Shown: positions 37,392 to 47,741, counted from the stretch's first letter. The stretch is DNA of 64,000 bases from Candidatus Eiseniibacteriota bacterium (GCA_963762255.1 CAVXKA010000002.1:480001-544000), one strand, 5' to 3'. The notes: generated by a model not told the origin, from the letters alone. Translations and numbers: made by a program.

Positions 37392-38171
37392 TCACTTCTG
37401 GTTCGTGTAGAAAAGATAGATGAGGCCGACCACGATCCCGGTGACCAGCGCCGGTTCGACGAGGGCGCCAAGGCCTCGAGTCTGGAGGACCGGCTTGGCG
37501 AAGGGAAACGTCTTCCCCTCGAGGAGCGGCAGCTTCCCGGCCGGGACCACGTCCATGCGCTCGGCGTCGCCGGTTCCCACCCAGGTCACGTCCTCGCGCC
37601 TCCCTTTGAGAAGGTTGGCGTAGAGGCTCACCGCGGCAAGGCGTTGAACCCGCCGAGAGCCCAGCGGGCTCTTCCGGTGGGATTCGGGATAGAGGATGCC
37701 GAACTCGGCCACGCGGTAGCGCAGCACCAGATCCGCGCGGGGCTCCGCCTGGGTCGGCTCAGCGGTCTTCGCCGTCGCTGCCGTCTTCGCCGTCGCCGCC
37801 GGCGTCGCCGGAACGGTCGCGGTGGAATCGACGACACCCGCCGGCACCTCGGGGCCCACCATCGGCGCTTCCTTGAGGTACGCCGAGTAGCCCCCCTCGG
37901 TGAGCTTGGCCAGAACCAGGTTCTCCACGAACCAGTTCGCCTCGTGATCCGCCGCGGGCTCCACCAGGAGCGTCGCCCCCGCCGGGGCGTTGAAGCCGGC
38001 AAAGAGCTCATCGACCGCGCTGATGGCCGCCTCGGTGAGCATGGCCAGGTTGGTCCGGTAGGACGCCTCGACGGCCTGCCCCAGATCCTGCGCCCCCACC
38101 ACGCCGGCGGCCAGCATGCCCACCAACAGCATTGTCGAAGCAGCAAGTCTCGGTCCCCGGAATCGCATCAT
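37392..38171 (-). CDS. Hypothetical exported protein with C-terminal transmembrane anchor
   Basis: N-terminal signal peptide; C-terminal VEPALVTGIVVGLIYLFY; translationally coupled between rimO and bamD. Confidence 0.65.
   Translation of the reverse strand: MMRFRGPRLAASTMLLVGMLAAGVVGAQDLGQAVEASYRTNLAMLTEAAISAVDELFAGFNAPAGATLLVEPAADHEANWFVENLVLAKLTEGGYSAYLKEAPMVGPEVPAGVVDSTATVPATPAATAKTAATAKTAEPTQAEPRADLVLRYRVAEFGILYPESHRKSPLGSRRVQRLAAVSLYANLLKGRREDVTWVGTGDAERMDVVPAGKLPLLEGKTFPFAKPVLQTRGLGALVEPALVTGIVVGLIYLFYTNQK
37765..37800 (-). repeat. 2 x 18-bp tandem repeat encoding AATAKT linker
   Basis: gtcttcgccgtcgctgcc / gtcttcgccgtcgccgcc. Confidence 0.6.
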
Positions 38172-39547
38172 GAAATCGTCTCCACCACCGCGCCCCCCGA
38201 TCGGGACGACGCGGGCTCGTCACAGACGCCGACGAGATCGTACGCGTCCGCCCCGGTAATCGTCACCCGGTAGAACTCACCCGGCCTAAGTCCGGTTCCC
38301 GCCACTCGGACGCATCCGTCCACCTCGGGGGCTTCGCGCACGCTTCGCCCCCGGGCGGGGTGCCTGCCGGTACCCGGCTTCTCGATGAGCACCTCCAGCG
38401 TTTTGCCGATCTGCTCCCGGTTGACGGCCAGGGAGATGGTCCCCTGCCGGGACAGGACCCGCTTCACCCGCTCCGCGACCGCGCCGGCGGGCACGTGGTC
38501 CGAGAGCTTGGTGGCGGGCGCCGAGTCCTCCGGAGAGAACGGGAACGCCACGAGCTTATCGAAACGCGCCCATTCCAGGAACTCGAGCAGTTCCTCGACA
38601 TGCTCCTCGGTCTCGCCGGGGAAGCCCAAAATCACGTTCGTGCGGAGCGCGATCCCCGGCACGCGCTCGCGTAGCGTGCGCACCAGCCCCACCACCGTCG
38701 CCTTGTCAGTGTGACGTCCCATCTTCTTGAGGAGCGGGTCGGCAATGTGCTGGATAGGCAGATCGGCGTAAGGGACGACCTTGGTGCCCGCGGCCAGAGC
38801 GTCGATGAGCTCTTCCGTCCAGTAGAAGGGATTGGCGTACATGAGCCGGATCCACCGCACCCCGTCCACCGTCTCCAGCTCACGAAGGAGTCGAGCCAGG
38901 ACCGGCGCTCCGTGAAGATCCATCCCGTAGGCGGTGAGATCCTGGGCGATCAGCACCAGTTCCCTCGCCCCGTTCGCGGCGAGGACGCGCGCCTCCTCCA
39001 CGATGTTCTCGACCGAGCGCGAGCGCTGAGGCCCCCGAAGTTGGGGGATGATGCAGAAGGTGCACTTGGCGCCGCACCCCTCCGAGATCTTGAGATAGGG
39101 CGACACCGGCCCCGTGCTCAGCACCCGCGCCGCCGGGTCTCCGTACACCGCATCCACGTCGTCCGCGGTCGCGGAGAAGGCCTTCTTGTCAGGAGCGAGG
39201 AGCCCGTTCACCACGTCGACCACGCGCCCCACATCGCGCGTCCCCATGATGGCGTCGATCTCCGGCAGCTCGCGGAGCAGATCGTCGCGGTAGCGATCGC
39301 TGAGACAGCCGGCCACCACCAGCTTCTGCAGTCGCCCGCGCTTCTTGTAGGACGCCACATCCAGGATGGTGTCGATCGACTCCTGGACCGCGGTCTCGAG
39401 GAACGCACAGGTGTTCACCACCGCGGCGTCGGCTTCGGCGAGGTCCGCGGTGGTGGAGAAGCCCGCGCGATCCAGGCGTCCGAGCATGACCTCGGAGTCG
39501 ACCTGGTTCTTCGGGCACCCCAGGGTGATGAAGGCGATGCGCGTCAT
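38168..39547 (-). CDS. rimO: Ribosomal protein S12 methylthiotransferase
   Basis: LGCPKNQVDSE, VNTCAF, KISEGCGAKCTFCIIP (radical SAM CX3CX2C), APEVDG TRAM domain. Confidence 0.95.
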   Translation of the reverse strand: MTRIAFITLGCPKNQVDSEVMLGRLDRAGFSTTADLAEADAAVVNTCAFLETAVQESIDTILDVASYKKRGRLQKLVVAGCLSDRYRDDLLRELPEIDAIMGTRDVGRVVDVVNGLLAPDKKAFSATADDVDAVYGDPAARVLSTGPVSPYLKISEGCGAKCTFCIIPQLRGPQRSRSVENIVEEARVLAANGARELVLIAQDLTAYGMDLHGAPVLARLLRELETVDGVRWIRLMYANPFYWTEELIDALAAGTKVVPYADLPIQHIADPLLKKMGRHTDKATVVGLVRTLRERVPGIALRTNVILGFPGETEEHVEELLEFLEWARFDKLVAFPFSPEDSAPATKLSDHVPAGAVAERVKRVLSRQGTISLAVNREQIGKTLEVLIEKPGTGRHPARGRSVREAPEVDGCVRVAGTGLRPGEFYRVTITGADAYDLVGVCDEPASSRSGGAVVETIS

Positions 39548-39600
39548 GGCGTCCTGTCTCAAGAGGGAGGGCGGGGGCCGGGCGAGATCCCGGCCCCGGA

Positions 39601-42210
39601 TCACTCGTGGATTCCGGCGAGAACGTGCTCGAGGCGGACTTCGTCCACCAGCACTTCGCGGGCCTTGCTCCCATCCTGGGGAGATACCACCCCCGCCTGC
39701 TCGAGCATGTCCACGAGCCGAGCCGCACGAGCATACCCCACCTTGAGCCGCCTCTGTAGGAGCGATGCGGAGGCCTGCCCGGCAACAACGACCAGACGGG
39801 CGGCATCTTCGAAGAGAGCGTCTTCCATGGCCCCACTGGCCGCGGTCTCGGGCTCGGCCAGCGCGTCCTCGAGGTCGGGATGCGCCTGCGCCTCACCCTG
39901 AGCGCGCCAGGCTTCGGCAAGGCGCAGCGTCTCCGTCTCGGACACGAACGCCCCATGCACGCGCAGCGGCGCCGCCTGGCCCGGGGGCAGGTAGAGCATG
40001 TCCCCCTTGCCCAGAAGCGACTCCGCGCCGTTCTGATCCAGGATGGTGCGGCTGTCGGTGCGGGTAGCCACCTGGAAAGCGATCCGCGAGGGGAAATTCG
40101 CCTTGATGACCCCGGTGATGACATCCACCGAGGGACGCTGGGTGGCGATGATGAGATGGATGCCCACGGCGCGCGCGGTCTGGGCGAGTCGCGCGATCGG
40201 TTCCTCGACTTCCTTGCCGCTCGTGATCATGAGGTCGGCGAGTTCGTCCACCAGAACGACGATGTAGGGAAGCTTCTCCTCCCCCTCGTCGATGGGGCCT
40301 TCCTTATCGATCTTCATGTTGTAGGAGAGGATGTTCCGGCAGTTGCGGGCGGAGAGCACCTTGTACCGGCGCTCCATCTCGAGAAGGAGCCACTTGAGGC
40401 TGCGCACCGCGATGCGGGGATCGGTCACGACCTCGGTGAGTAGATGCGGGATTCCGTTGTACATCGGAAGCTCGAGCATCTTGGGATCGATCATGAGCAG
40501 GCGCAGCTCTTCCGGCGTGCGCTTCAGGAGCAGGCTCGTGATGAGCGCGTTCATGCAGACGCTCTTCCCGGAGCCGGTGGTGCCGGCGATGAGGAGATGC
40601 GGCATGCGCGACAACTCGGTGACGACGGGCGCGCCGCCGATGTCCCGGCCGAGGGCGAGCGGGAGCGGGCCGGTCGTTTCCTGAAACGCGCGGGTCTCGA
40701 GCAGGCGGCGCAGGAAGATCGGCGCCGGGTTGCGGTTCGGCACCTCGATGCCCACCGCCGCCTTGCCCGGAATGGGAGCGATGATGCGGATGCGACTCGC
40801 TCGCAGCTTCAACGCGAGATCGTCCTGGCGGTTCAGAATCTGCGCGACCTTCACGCCGGGGCCCGGCACGTATTCGTACCGCGTGATGACGGGACCGGGA
40901 TGCACCTCTCCTACCCTGCCGGTCACGCCGAATTCGCGCAGGGTCTCGGTGAGCGTGCGCGAGTTGTCGAGAAGCTCCTCCTCAGCCACCGGAGGGCCGG
41001 TTTCGGGCACGTCGTCCAGAATCTCGGCGCCGGGAATGACGACCTTGCCGTGCTGCGGCTTGTAGAGCGGTGGCGGGGTATGGGAACCGGGACGCGCCTG
41101 CCGGCGCGCCTCCAATACCGCGTCCTCGACGTCGCGCGTCTCCACATCCGCGCGCTTCCCCCGTGCGATCACCGGGTCGGCGATCTCCGTGCGCCGCGCC
41201 GCTTCGTCGGCGGCGGGATCCACGATGCGCGGAAGCGAGCTGACCGGGGCGGCGTCGGCGGGAGCCGGCGCCGGCGGGTTCATCGCGGCCGGCTTGACCG
41301 GCGCGGCCGCGGTGCCGTTGCCGCCGTCCACGGAAACGCCCGATTCCCACCCGCGGTGAAGCATGTAGCGAGCGGCAGCGACGCTTCCTCGACCCATCGC
41401 GGGCACCGCGACCTGGGCTGCGCGCACCGAGGCGCGTCCGCCCGCATGGAGCCCGCGACCGGTCCGTATGCCGAGCCAGCGCAGAAGCCGCCCGAAGACG
41501 ATGGCGAGCCATCGCAAGGTGCGGCCAAGAGCAATGGCGATCCAGCGCAGGGTGACCCCGAGCGCGAGGGTGAGCCAGCGCAGCGTGCGACCCAGCCCGA
41601 GCAGCAGTGCGCGGCTCAGATTCCCCCACCGGCCGTCCCAGGCCTCGGCCTCGAAGACGCCGAATCCGATCGTGGCTACGCCCAGTACGAGAGCGCCGCC
41701 GACCCCACCGACCGCGTCGCGAACACCGGCCCAGACCGATTCACCCAGGACTCCACCCCACACGGCGGAGCCGGTGGCCGCGGCGACGGCGGCAACCGTG
41801 GACACCAGCGGGATCGCGGCGGCGCTGCGCCACACGAGACGGCGGACGGGATGAGCGAAGGTGCGATTCCATCCCCACGCCAGGCATGCGAGCGGAATCG
41901 CACCGACCGCGATCCACCCGAAGATTCCAAGGAGCAGGGTGGAGGTGAGCACGCCGAGGCTCCCCCCGGCGTTCGCCGCAAGACCGGACAGAGGCCCCGA
42001 CGGGCCGCGCCACTCATCCGCGAACGCTGCGATCTCGTCGGCTCCACCGAAGCGAACGGCGTGCCGCTCCCAGGCGGCGTGATAGGCGCCGGGATGGTAG
42101 GTCAAGAGGGAGACGGTGAGGAAAACACCCAGAGCAAGGAATGCAAGACCCAGCCACCGCGAGGCCCGGGTTCGCCACCACGCCCGGGCCCCCCGTCGCT
42201 TCTGCGCCAT
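39601..42210 (-). CDS. ftsK: DNA translocase FtsK
   Basis: SD GGAGGG; 4TM N-terminus; PHLLIAGTTGSGKS; VDELADLM; ATQRPSVDVITG; gamma domain SASLLQRRLKVGYARAARL. Confidence 0.97.
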   Translation of the reverse strand: MAQKRRGARAWWRTRASRWLGLAFLALGVFLTVSLLTYHPGAYHAAWERHAVRFGGADEIAAFADEWRGPSGPLSGLAANAGGSLGVLTSTLLLGIFGWIAVGAIPLACLAWGWNRTFAHPVRRLVWRSAAAIPLVSTVAAVAAATGSAVWGGVLGESVWAGVRDAVGGVGGALVLGVATIGFGVFEAEAWDGRWGNLSRALLLGLGRTLRWLTLALGVTLRWIAIALGRTLRWLAIVFGRLLRWLGIRTGRGLHAGGRASVRAAQVAVPAMGRGSVAAARYMLHRGWESGVSVDGGNGTAAAPVKPAAMNPPAPAPADAAPVSSLPRIVDPAADEAARRTEIADPVIARGKRADVETRDVEDAVLEARRQARPGSHTPPPLYKPQHGKVVIPGAEILDDVPETGPPVAEEELLDNSRTLTETLREFGVTGRVGEVHPGPVITRYEYVPGPGVKVAQILNRQDDLALKLRASRIRIIAPIPGKAAVGIEVPNRNPAPIFLRRLLETRAFQETTGPLPLALGRDIGGAPVVTELSRMPHLLIAGTTGSGKSVCMNALITSLLLKRTPEELRLLMIDPKMLELPMYNGIPHLLTEVVTDPRIAVRSLKWLLLEMERRYKVLSARNCRNILSYNMKIDKEGPIDEGEEKLPYIVVLVDELADLMITSGKEVEEPIARLAQTARAVGIHLIIATQRPSVDVITGVIKANFPSRIAFQVATRTDSRTILDQNGAESLLGKGDMLYLPPGQAAPLRVHGAFVSETETLRLAEAWRAQGEAQAHPDLEDALAEPETAASGAMEDALFEDAARLVVVAGQASASLLQRRLKVGYARAARLVDMLEQAGVVSPQDGSKAREVLVDEVRLEHVLAGIHE
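41464..41595 (-). repeat. 4 x 33-bp (11-aa) degenerate tandem repeat inside ftsK
   Basis: LGRTLRWLTLA / LGVTLRWIAIA / LGRTLRWLAIV / FGRLLRWLGIR. Confidence 0.85.
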
Positions 42211-42372
42211 GATGCCCTCCGACGGCCAGGGTCCGTCAGGGCCCCGGTCGCAACGCTGCAGAAGCCGGCCGCGCTCCGGCCCGAATATTCGACATCCGCG
42301 CGCGGCGATCACCCACCCCGCGTCGGAACCGTTCGGCGCGCCCGGGTTCAGGGCCCCGGGCACGCCCGTACT

Positions 42373-43518
42373 CTACGCCAACTTGCGAATCTCCTCCACC
42401 CGGTTCGTGAGCTCCCAAGTGAAGCCCGGCTCGTTCCGCCCGAAGTGGCCATAGGCCGCGGTCCGGGCGAAGATCGGCTTGCGCAGATCCAGGGCGGCCA
42501 TGATCCCCCGCGGGGTGAGGTCGAAGACCTGCCTCACGATGCCCGTGAACTTGTGATCCGGGATCTTGCCCGTTCCGAAGGTATCCACCATGACCGAGAC
42601 GGGCTCGGGCACGCCGATGGCGTATGCGAGCTGGACCTCGGCCCGGTCGGCGAGCCCGGAGGCAACCAGGTTCTTGGCCACCCAGCGAGCGGCATAGCTG
42701 GCGGAGCGGTCCACCTTCGACGGATCCTTGCCGCTGAACGCGCCGCCGCCGTGGCTTCCAAACCCGCCGTAGGTGTCCACGATGATCTTGCGGCCGGTGA
42801 GACCGGTGTCGGCCTTGGGCCCCCCGAAGACGAACCGGCCGGTGGGGTTGATGTGGAACGTGATCGGGTGCTTGGGGTCGATCAGTTCCTTGGGAAGCAC
42901 AGGCATGATGACATGCTCTCGGATCTCGGCACGCATCGCCTCCATGTCGGGCACGTCGCGGTGCTGAGTGGAGACCACGACGGTGTCGATGCGAACGGGC
43001 TTGTGCCCCTCGTACTCCACGGTGACCTGACTCTTGCCGTCGGGGCGGAGGAAATCCAGCGCCTTGCTCTTGCGCAGCTCGGCCAGTCTCCGGCAGAGCT
43101 GGTGGGCGAGGGTGATGGGGAGCGGCATCAACTCCTTCGTCTCGTTGCTGGCGAACCCGAACATGAGCCCTTGATCGCCGGCCCCGCCGGTATCCACACC
43201 CATCGCGATGTCGCCGGACTGGTGGTCGATGGATGTCATCACCGCGCAGGTCTCGTAGTCGAAACCGTAGGAGGCGTCGTCATAGCCGATGCGGCGGATG
43301 GTCTCCCGGACGATATCCGGAATCTCCACGTAGGCGGAGGTGGTGATCTCCGCGGAGATGAAGGCGAGGCCGGTGGTCACCAGAGTCTCGCAGGCCACTC
43401 GGGCCTGGGGATCCTCGGCGATGATGCCGTCGAGGATGCTGTCCGAGATCTGATCCGAGACCTTGTCGGGATGCCCTTCGGTCACCGATTCCGAAGTGAA
43501 CAGATGGCGCTCCGCCAT
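42373..43518 (-). CDS. metK: S-adenosylmethionine synthetase
   Basis: [28 protein letters not shown]; SD AAGGAG. Confidence 0.98.
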   Translation of the reverse strand: MAERHLFTSESVTEGHPDKVSDQISDSILDGIIAEDPQARVACETLVTTGLAFISAEITTSAYVEIPDIVRETIRRIGYDDASYGFDYETCAVMTSIDHQSGDIAMGVDTGGAGDQGLMFGFASNETKELMPLPITLAHQLCRRLAELRKSKALDFLRPDGKSQVTVEYEGHKPVRIDTVVVSTQHRDVPDMEAMRAEIREHVIMPVLPKELIDPKHPITFHINPTGRFVFGGPKADTGLTGRKIIVDTYGGFGSHGGGAFSGKDPSKVDRSASYAARWVAKNLVASGLADRAEVQLAYAIGVPEPVSVMVDTFGTGKIPDHKFTGIVRQVFDLTPRGIMAALDLRKPIFARTAAYGHFGRNEPGFTWELTNRVEEIRKLA

Positions 43519-43567
43519 GGATTCAAGCTCCTTGCATGCGTTGGGGGGTGGTCGCAAAAACCACGCG

Positions 43568-43597
43568 ATTCTAGCAGCATCGGCGCGGAGGTCACAA
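43568..43597 (-). promoter_or_regulatory. Putative sigma70 promoter of metK
   Basis: TTGTGA-18 nt-TAGAAT with extended -10 TG. Confidence 0.45.
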
Positions 43598-43608
43598 GCA
43601 AGGCCGCC

Positions 43609-44601
43609 TCAGGTCAGGAAGATCTCGCTCGAGTCCCCCACGTTGAGCCGGCGGAACGCTCCCTCGACCACCGCGTCCTCCCCGACCAGAGACGCGTCGA
43701 GAAGCACGTCCTTCACCCGCGCTCCCTCGTTCACGATCGAGTTGCGGATGACCGAGCACTCCACCACTGCCCGGGCAGCAATGGTGGCATACGGGCCGAT
43801 GATGCTGTCGCGGATGACGGCATGCGGGTCGATGGCCACTGGAGGGATCACCACGGAGCCCTCGATCCGCGGAGAGTCGGCGCCCATATCGAGAAGCTCG
43901 CGGTTGGTGGAGAGGAGGGTCTCCGGTTTCCCGCAGTCATACCACCCGTCGACCGGGAAGACCTCCATGGGAATCCCCTCCTCGAGCATGGCCTGGAGCG
44001 CATCGGTGAGCTGGTACTCGCCGCGGCTGGTCGCCTGCCGCTCGATCATGCCGGCCAGGATCCGGAACAGCGCGGGCGTATCGGTGACGTAGTAGATGCC
44101 CACGATGGCCAGACGGCTCGTCGGATGCTCGGGCTTCTCCACGAACCGCTTGACCTGCCCGCCCTCCATCTCGACGATGCCGAAACGGCGGGGATCCTCC
44201 ACCTCCTTGACCCCGATCTGGGAGATGCGCTTGTCGAGCACTTCCTGGAAGTCGACACGGAAGATGGTATCGCCGAGGACGATCAGGAGGTCCCGCTCGC
44301 CCACCGTCTCGCGGGTGAGGTGGATGGCGTGGCCGAGCCCCTCGCGCTTGGACTGTTCAACGTAGTGCACCTTCAGCGCCGGGTAGTGCTTCTCCACATA
44401 CTCGTGCACCCGCTCGCCCATGTAGCCGACCACCAGCACGAACTCCTGAACGCCCAGCGCGATCAGCTCATCGAGAATGTGGGCGACCATCGCCTTGCCG
44501 GCGACGTTGATGAGCGCCTTGGGCACGGTGTGGGTGTGCGGCCGGAGCCGCGAGCCCACCCCCGCCACCGGGATCACGGCCACGGGCATATTCTGGTTCA
44601 C
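43609..44601 (-). CDS. Sugar-1-phosphate nucleotidyltransferase with C-terminal left-handed beta-helix
   Basis: AGVGSRLRPHT...PKAL, GLGHAI, VEKP, GEYQLTDAL, WYDCG; hexapeptide tail; GTGA coupling. Confidence 0.9.
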   Translation of the reverse strand: MNQNMPVAVIPVAGVGSRLRPHTHTVPKALINVAGKAMVAHILDELIALGVQEFVLVVGYMGERVHEYVEKHYPALKVHYVEQSKREGLGHAIHLTRETVGERDLLIVLGDTIFRVDFQEVLDKRISQIGVKEVEDPRRFGIVEMEGGQVKRFVEKPEHPTSRLAIVGIYYVTDTPALFRILAGMIERQATSRGEYQLTDALQAMLEEGIPMEVFPVDGWYDCGKPETLLSTNRELLDMGADSPRIEGSVVIPPVAIDPHAVIRDSIIGPYATIAARAVVECSVIRNSIVNEGARVKDVLLDASLVGEDAVVEGAFRRLNVGDSSEIFLT

Positions 44602-45665
44602 AATGTGTCCTTGTCGGCGGCTCGCGCCAGCCGCTCTTTGAATTCGTCCATGAGAGAGAGGCTCGCCGCGTTCGCGCCGAGCCGGTCGGCCAGGGCCACG
44701 CTCACCCAGTCGCCGGCATGGGCCAGACCCACCGCCTCCACCCAAGGATCGTCATGGGGCTCGTTCACTTCGAACACGGTGGCGCCGTGGGCGCCGAGCA
44801 CCTCCAGGAGCGCGCGCCAGCGTCGGCGCGCCGTCTCGGAGCGCGGTCGCCCGATCGCGACCGGAGCGAGCGGGAGCGTCACCGAGGCCTCCGAGGCCAG
44901 GGTCATGACCGCGTTGTGACCCGCTTCCGGAAACTCCCACACCCAGGCCGGCACCTTCGCGTTCTCGGTGAGATCAGCGGCCCAACGCTTTGCTACTGTG
45001 GCCATTAACGATTCTGTCGCCAGGAGCAACGGAAGGTTCTCGGAAAAGGTCTCGGCGAGGCTCACCGTTTCCGGACCGGCAGGTTCGGAGTGTTTACCGC
45101 GCCCGTTTGGACCGGCCGTGGGGCGGGGTCTCACCAAGACACTCGCCTCGTCGTGGCGCTCCCATCGCTCCCGCACAGAGTCCAGGTGCGCGGCCACGGC
45201 ATCCCACCCGAAGGCGGGAGCCACCCCGAGGAGTGCGGCGCAGGCGCGGACCAGATAGCCGAGCGCGGTGCGCGGGGCGAGTCCGCCCTGCACTTCCACC
45301 TCGGCGGCGGCGACCGCCCGGGCGCGATCGAGCAGCGGTCCTCCCGAGGCCACGGCGCCGCGCGCGAGGCCGCGCCGGCCCGCTTCGTCCCATACCGCCA
45401 GAGTTTCCTCGGTGCGCCCCGAGTAGGAAAGGCACAACACGGCATCGCCGTTCGCGGCCCAGGAGGGAAGGTGATCATCGCGCACCACCAGGACGCGGCG
45501 CTCCGCGGGCAAGAGCATCGACGCGAACTCGCCGGCCATGGCCGAGCCGCCCAACCCCGAGAGGATGAGGACACCGTCGGCGGTGAGCGGTCCCCCCGTG
45601 GGGTCGGGTTCGACCCTGAACTGATCGGCGAGACCCCGCACGTCGCGGCGGAAGGATGTGTTCAT
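44598..45665 (-). CDS. Bifunctional phosphoglucose/phosphomannose isomerase (SIS, PGI/PMI family)
   Basis: GLGGSAMAG, SYSGRTEETL, SGG.L, PR.ALGY, ENAK.PA, PEAGHN. Confidence 0.8.
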   Translation of the reverse strand: MNTSFRRDVRGLADQFRVEPDPTGGPLTADGVLILSGLGGSAMAGEFASMLLPAERRVLVVRDDHLPSWAANGDAVLCLSYSGRTEETLAVWDEAGRRGLARGAVASGGPLLDRARAVAAAEVEVQGGLAPRTALGYLVRACAALLGVAPAFGWDAVAAHLDSVRERWERHDEASVLVRPRPTAGPNGRGKHSEPAGPETVSLAETFSENLPLLLATESLMATVAKRWAADLTENAKVPAWVWEFPEAGHNAVMTLASEASVTLPLAPVAIGRPRSETARRRWRALLEVLGAHGATVFEVNEPHDDPWVEAVGLAHAGDWVSVALADRLGANAASLSLMDEFKERLARAADKDTL

Positions 45666-47488
45666 TTTCGCGAGGCCGCGCGCCGAGGGCGCGGCGCCTT
45701 TCCGTTGGGCTCGAGAGTGAGCTGAAGGAGATCCGAGAACCGGGACCCCAGACGCTTCTCGATGAGCGCAGCCACGTCGGCGGCGTTGTGACACGCGAGG
45801 GCGTCCTTCGCCAACCAGCGGCAGTCCTCGTAGTTCAACGATCGCAGCGCCTGCTTCACCTCCGGGATCAGAGAAGGGCTCACGCTCAAGCGATCAAAGC
45901 CCAGGCCGACCAGGAGCGGAAGCGAGAGCGGATCGCCGGCCATTTCCCCGCAGATGGATACCCACTTGCCGTGGCGGTGGGCCGCGGCCACGGTCTGTTC
46001 CAGGGCACGCAGCACCGCGGGATGATGCGGCTTGTAGAGATCCTGAAGCGCCTCGTTGTCCCGGTCGATGGCGAGCAGGTACTGGATGAGATCGTTGGAC
46101 CCCACGGACAGGAAGTCCGCCTCGCGCGCGAACTCGTCGGCCATCAGAACCGCGGAGGGCACCTCGATCATGACCCCCAGAAGCGGATTCGCATCGTGCG
46201 GTATCTTCTTCTTCTTCAGCACGGCGATCGCCTCCCGCATGAGCCGCCGCGCGTAGCGAAACTCGTGGAGCGAGGAGACCATCGGGAGAAGGATCGTCGC
46301 CTTGCCGCTGGCTCCCGCGCGCAGGATCGCACGGAGCTGGGTGCGGAAGACGTCCGGATGGGCCACCAGGTAGCGGATGCCGCGCATGCCGAGGAACGGA
46401 TTGCGCTCGCGCGCCATGCCCATGTACGAGGCCATCTTGTCCCCGCCCACGTCGAGAACGCGGATGACCACGGTGTCGGGGGCCATCGCCGCCACGACCC
46501 CGGAGTAGGCCTCCACTTGTTCGTCCTCGGTGGGAGCGCGCCGTTTCCACATGAAGAAGAACTCGGTGCGGAAGAGCCCGATTCCCTCCGCTCCGCGCTG
46601 GCGGATGAAGGCGACCTCGTTGGGCATCTCCATGTTCGCCGACAGCATGATGCGCCGGCCGTCCGCGGTCTCGGCGGCCAGCCCGACGAAACGCGCATGC
46701 TGCCGCTGGAGCCTGGAAAAGGCGCGCTTGCGCGCCTGGAACCGGTCGAGCCGCTCGCGCGAAGGGTTGATCTCCAACGTCCCCTTGAAGCCGTCGAGCG
46801 CGATCACGTCCCCGTCCCGCACCGCGGCGCCCAGACCGCGCACCCCCACCACCGCGGGGATTCCGCGCGCGCGGGCCATGATGGCGGCGTGACTGGTGGT
46901 GCCTCCCGCCTCGGTGGCGAACCCGAGCACCTTGGCCGGATCGAGGAGCACCGCATCCGAGGGCGCGAGTTCCCGTCCCACCCAGACCCCGCGGCGCTGC
47001 ACCGGCGCACCGGCGGCGGTGTCTCCGCACAGATGGCGCAGCACCCGGCGCTTGACGTCGAGAAGGTCGACCGCTCGATCGCTGAAGTAGGAGTCGGAGA
47101 GCGCGGCCAGGCCGTCGATCATCTCCAGCATGTGGCGTCGAAAGAGGTACTCGACATTGCGCCGCTCCGTGCGCACCGCCTCGATCGTGCGATCTACCGC
47201 CAGCGGATCCTTGAGGACGAGGAGTTGAACGTCGAAGATCTTGGCTTCATTCTCGCCGAGTTCGTCCCGCGTGGTCTCCCGCAGGTCATCGATCTCCTTG
47301 CGCGCGCGATCCAGCGCCTGGTGGAATCGGGCCAGCTCGTCCTCTATCGCCTCGGGGGCGATCTCGCGCTCATCGACCGCGGCGATTCGCTCGTCGAGCC
47401 GGCGCACCTTGCCCACAGCGATCCCGGGCGCGACGGGAACGCCGGTGAGAATCCGCGGAGCGGCCGAGGTCTTAGGCTTCTTCGCCAA
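45662..47488 (-). CDS. ptsI: PTS enzyme I (PEP-protein phosphotransferase)
   Basis: GGTTSHAAIMAR (phospho-His), GIGLFRTEF, NPFLG.RGIR, GSNDLIQY, CGEMAGD. Confidence 0.96.
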   Translation of the reverse strand: MAKKPKTSAAPRILTGVPVAPGIAVGKVRRLDERIAAVDEREIAPEAIEDELARFHQALDRARKEIDDLRETTRDELGENEAKIFDVQLLVLKDPLAVDRTIEAVRTERRNVEYLFRRHMLEMIDGLAALSDSYFSDRAVDLLDVKRRVLRHLCGDTAAGAPVQRRGVWVGRELAPSDAVLLDPAKVLGFATEAGGTTSHAAIMARARGIPAVVGVRGLGAAVRDGDVIALDGFKGTLEINPSRERLDRFQARKRAFSRLQRQHARFVGLAAETADGRRIMLSANMEMPNEVAFIRQRGAEGIGLFRTEFFFMWKRRAPTEDEQVEAYSGVVAAMAPDTVVIRVLDVGGDKMASYMGMARERNPFLGMRGIRYLVAHPDVFRTQLRAILRAGASGKATILLPMVSSLHEFRYARRLMREAIAVLKKKKIPHDANPLLGVMIEVPSAVLMADEFAREADFLSVGSNDLIQYLLAIDRDNEALQDLYKPHHPAVLRALEQTVAAAHRHGKWVSICGEMAGDPLSLPLLVGLGFDRLSVSPSLIPEVKQALRSLNYEDCRWLAKDALACHNAADVAALIEKRLGSRFSDLLQLTLEPNGKAPRPRRAASRK

Positions 47489-47741
47489 ACTTGTTCTCCA
47501 CCAGAGCCTCTAGGGCGTCGAGCGCCGCTGCCGCGTCCTCCCCTTCGGCCCGCACCCGTATCGTGCTCTCGAAATAGGCGGCGAGCATGAGAACGCCCAT
47601 GATCGACTTGCCGTTCACTTCCACTCCCTCGCGCATCACATAGATCCCCGACTTGAACTTGCTGGCGAGACGGGTGAATTCAGCCGCAGCCCGGGCGTGC
47701 ATTCCCTTCTCGTTGACGATGCGATACTCGCGTGAGGGCAT
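47472..47741 (-). CDS. ptsH: Phosphocarrier HPr
   Basis: GMHARAA (His15), KSIMGVLML (Ser46). Confidence 0.95.
   Translation of the reverse strand: MPSREYRIVNEKGMHARAAAEFTRLASKFKSGIYVMREGVEVNGKSIMGVLMLAAYFESTIRVRAEGEDAAAALDALEALVENKFGEEA

Noticed and set aside
43519-43608. SAM riboswitch or SahR operator upstream of metK
   Set aside because: Predicted leader is only about 45 nt, with no SAM-I/II signature and no ATATC-N10-GATAT.
40444-44919. 1491-aa + strand ORF and other long antisense ORFs (15299-18076, 24104-26086, 34156-36210, 45656-47590, 60096-61901)
   Set aside because: Shadow frames of well-conserved - strand genes in high-GC DNA; no motifs or SD, and typical antisense composition.
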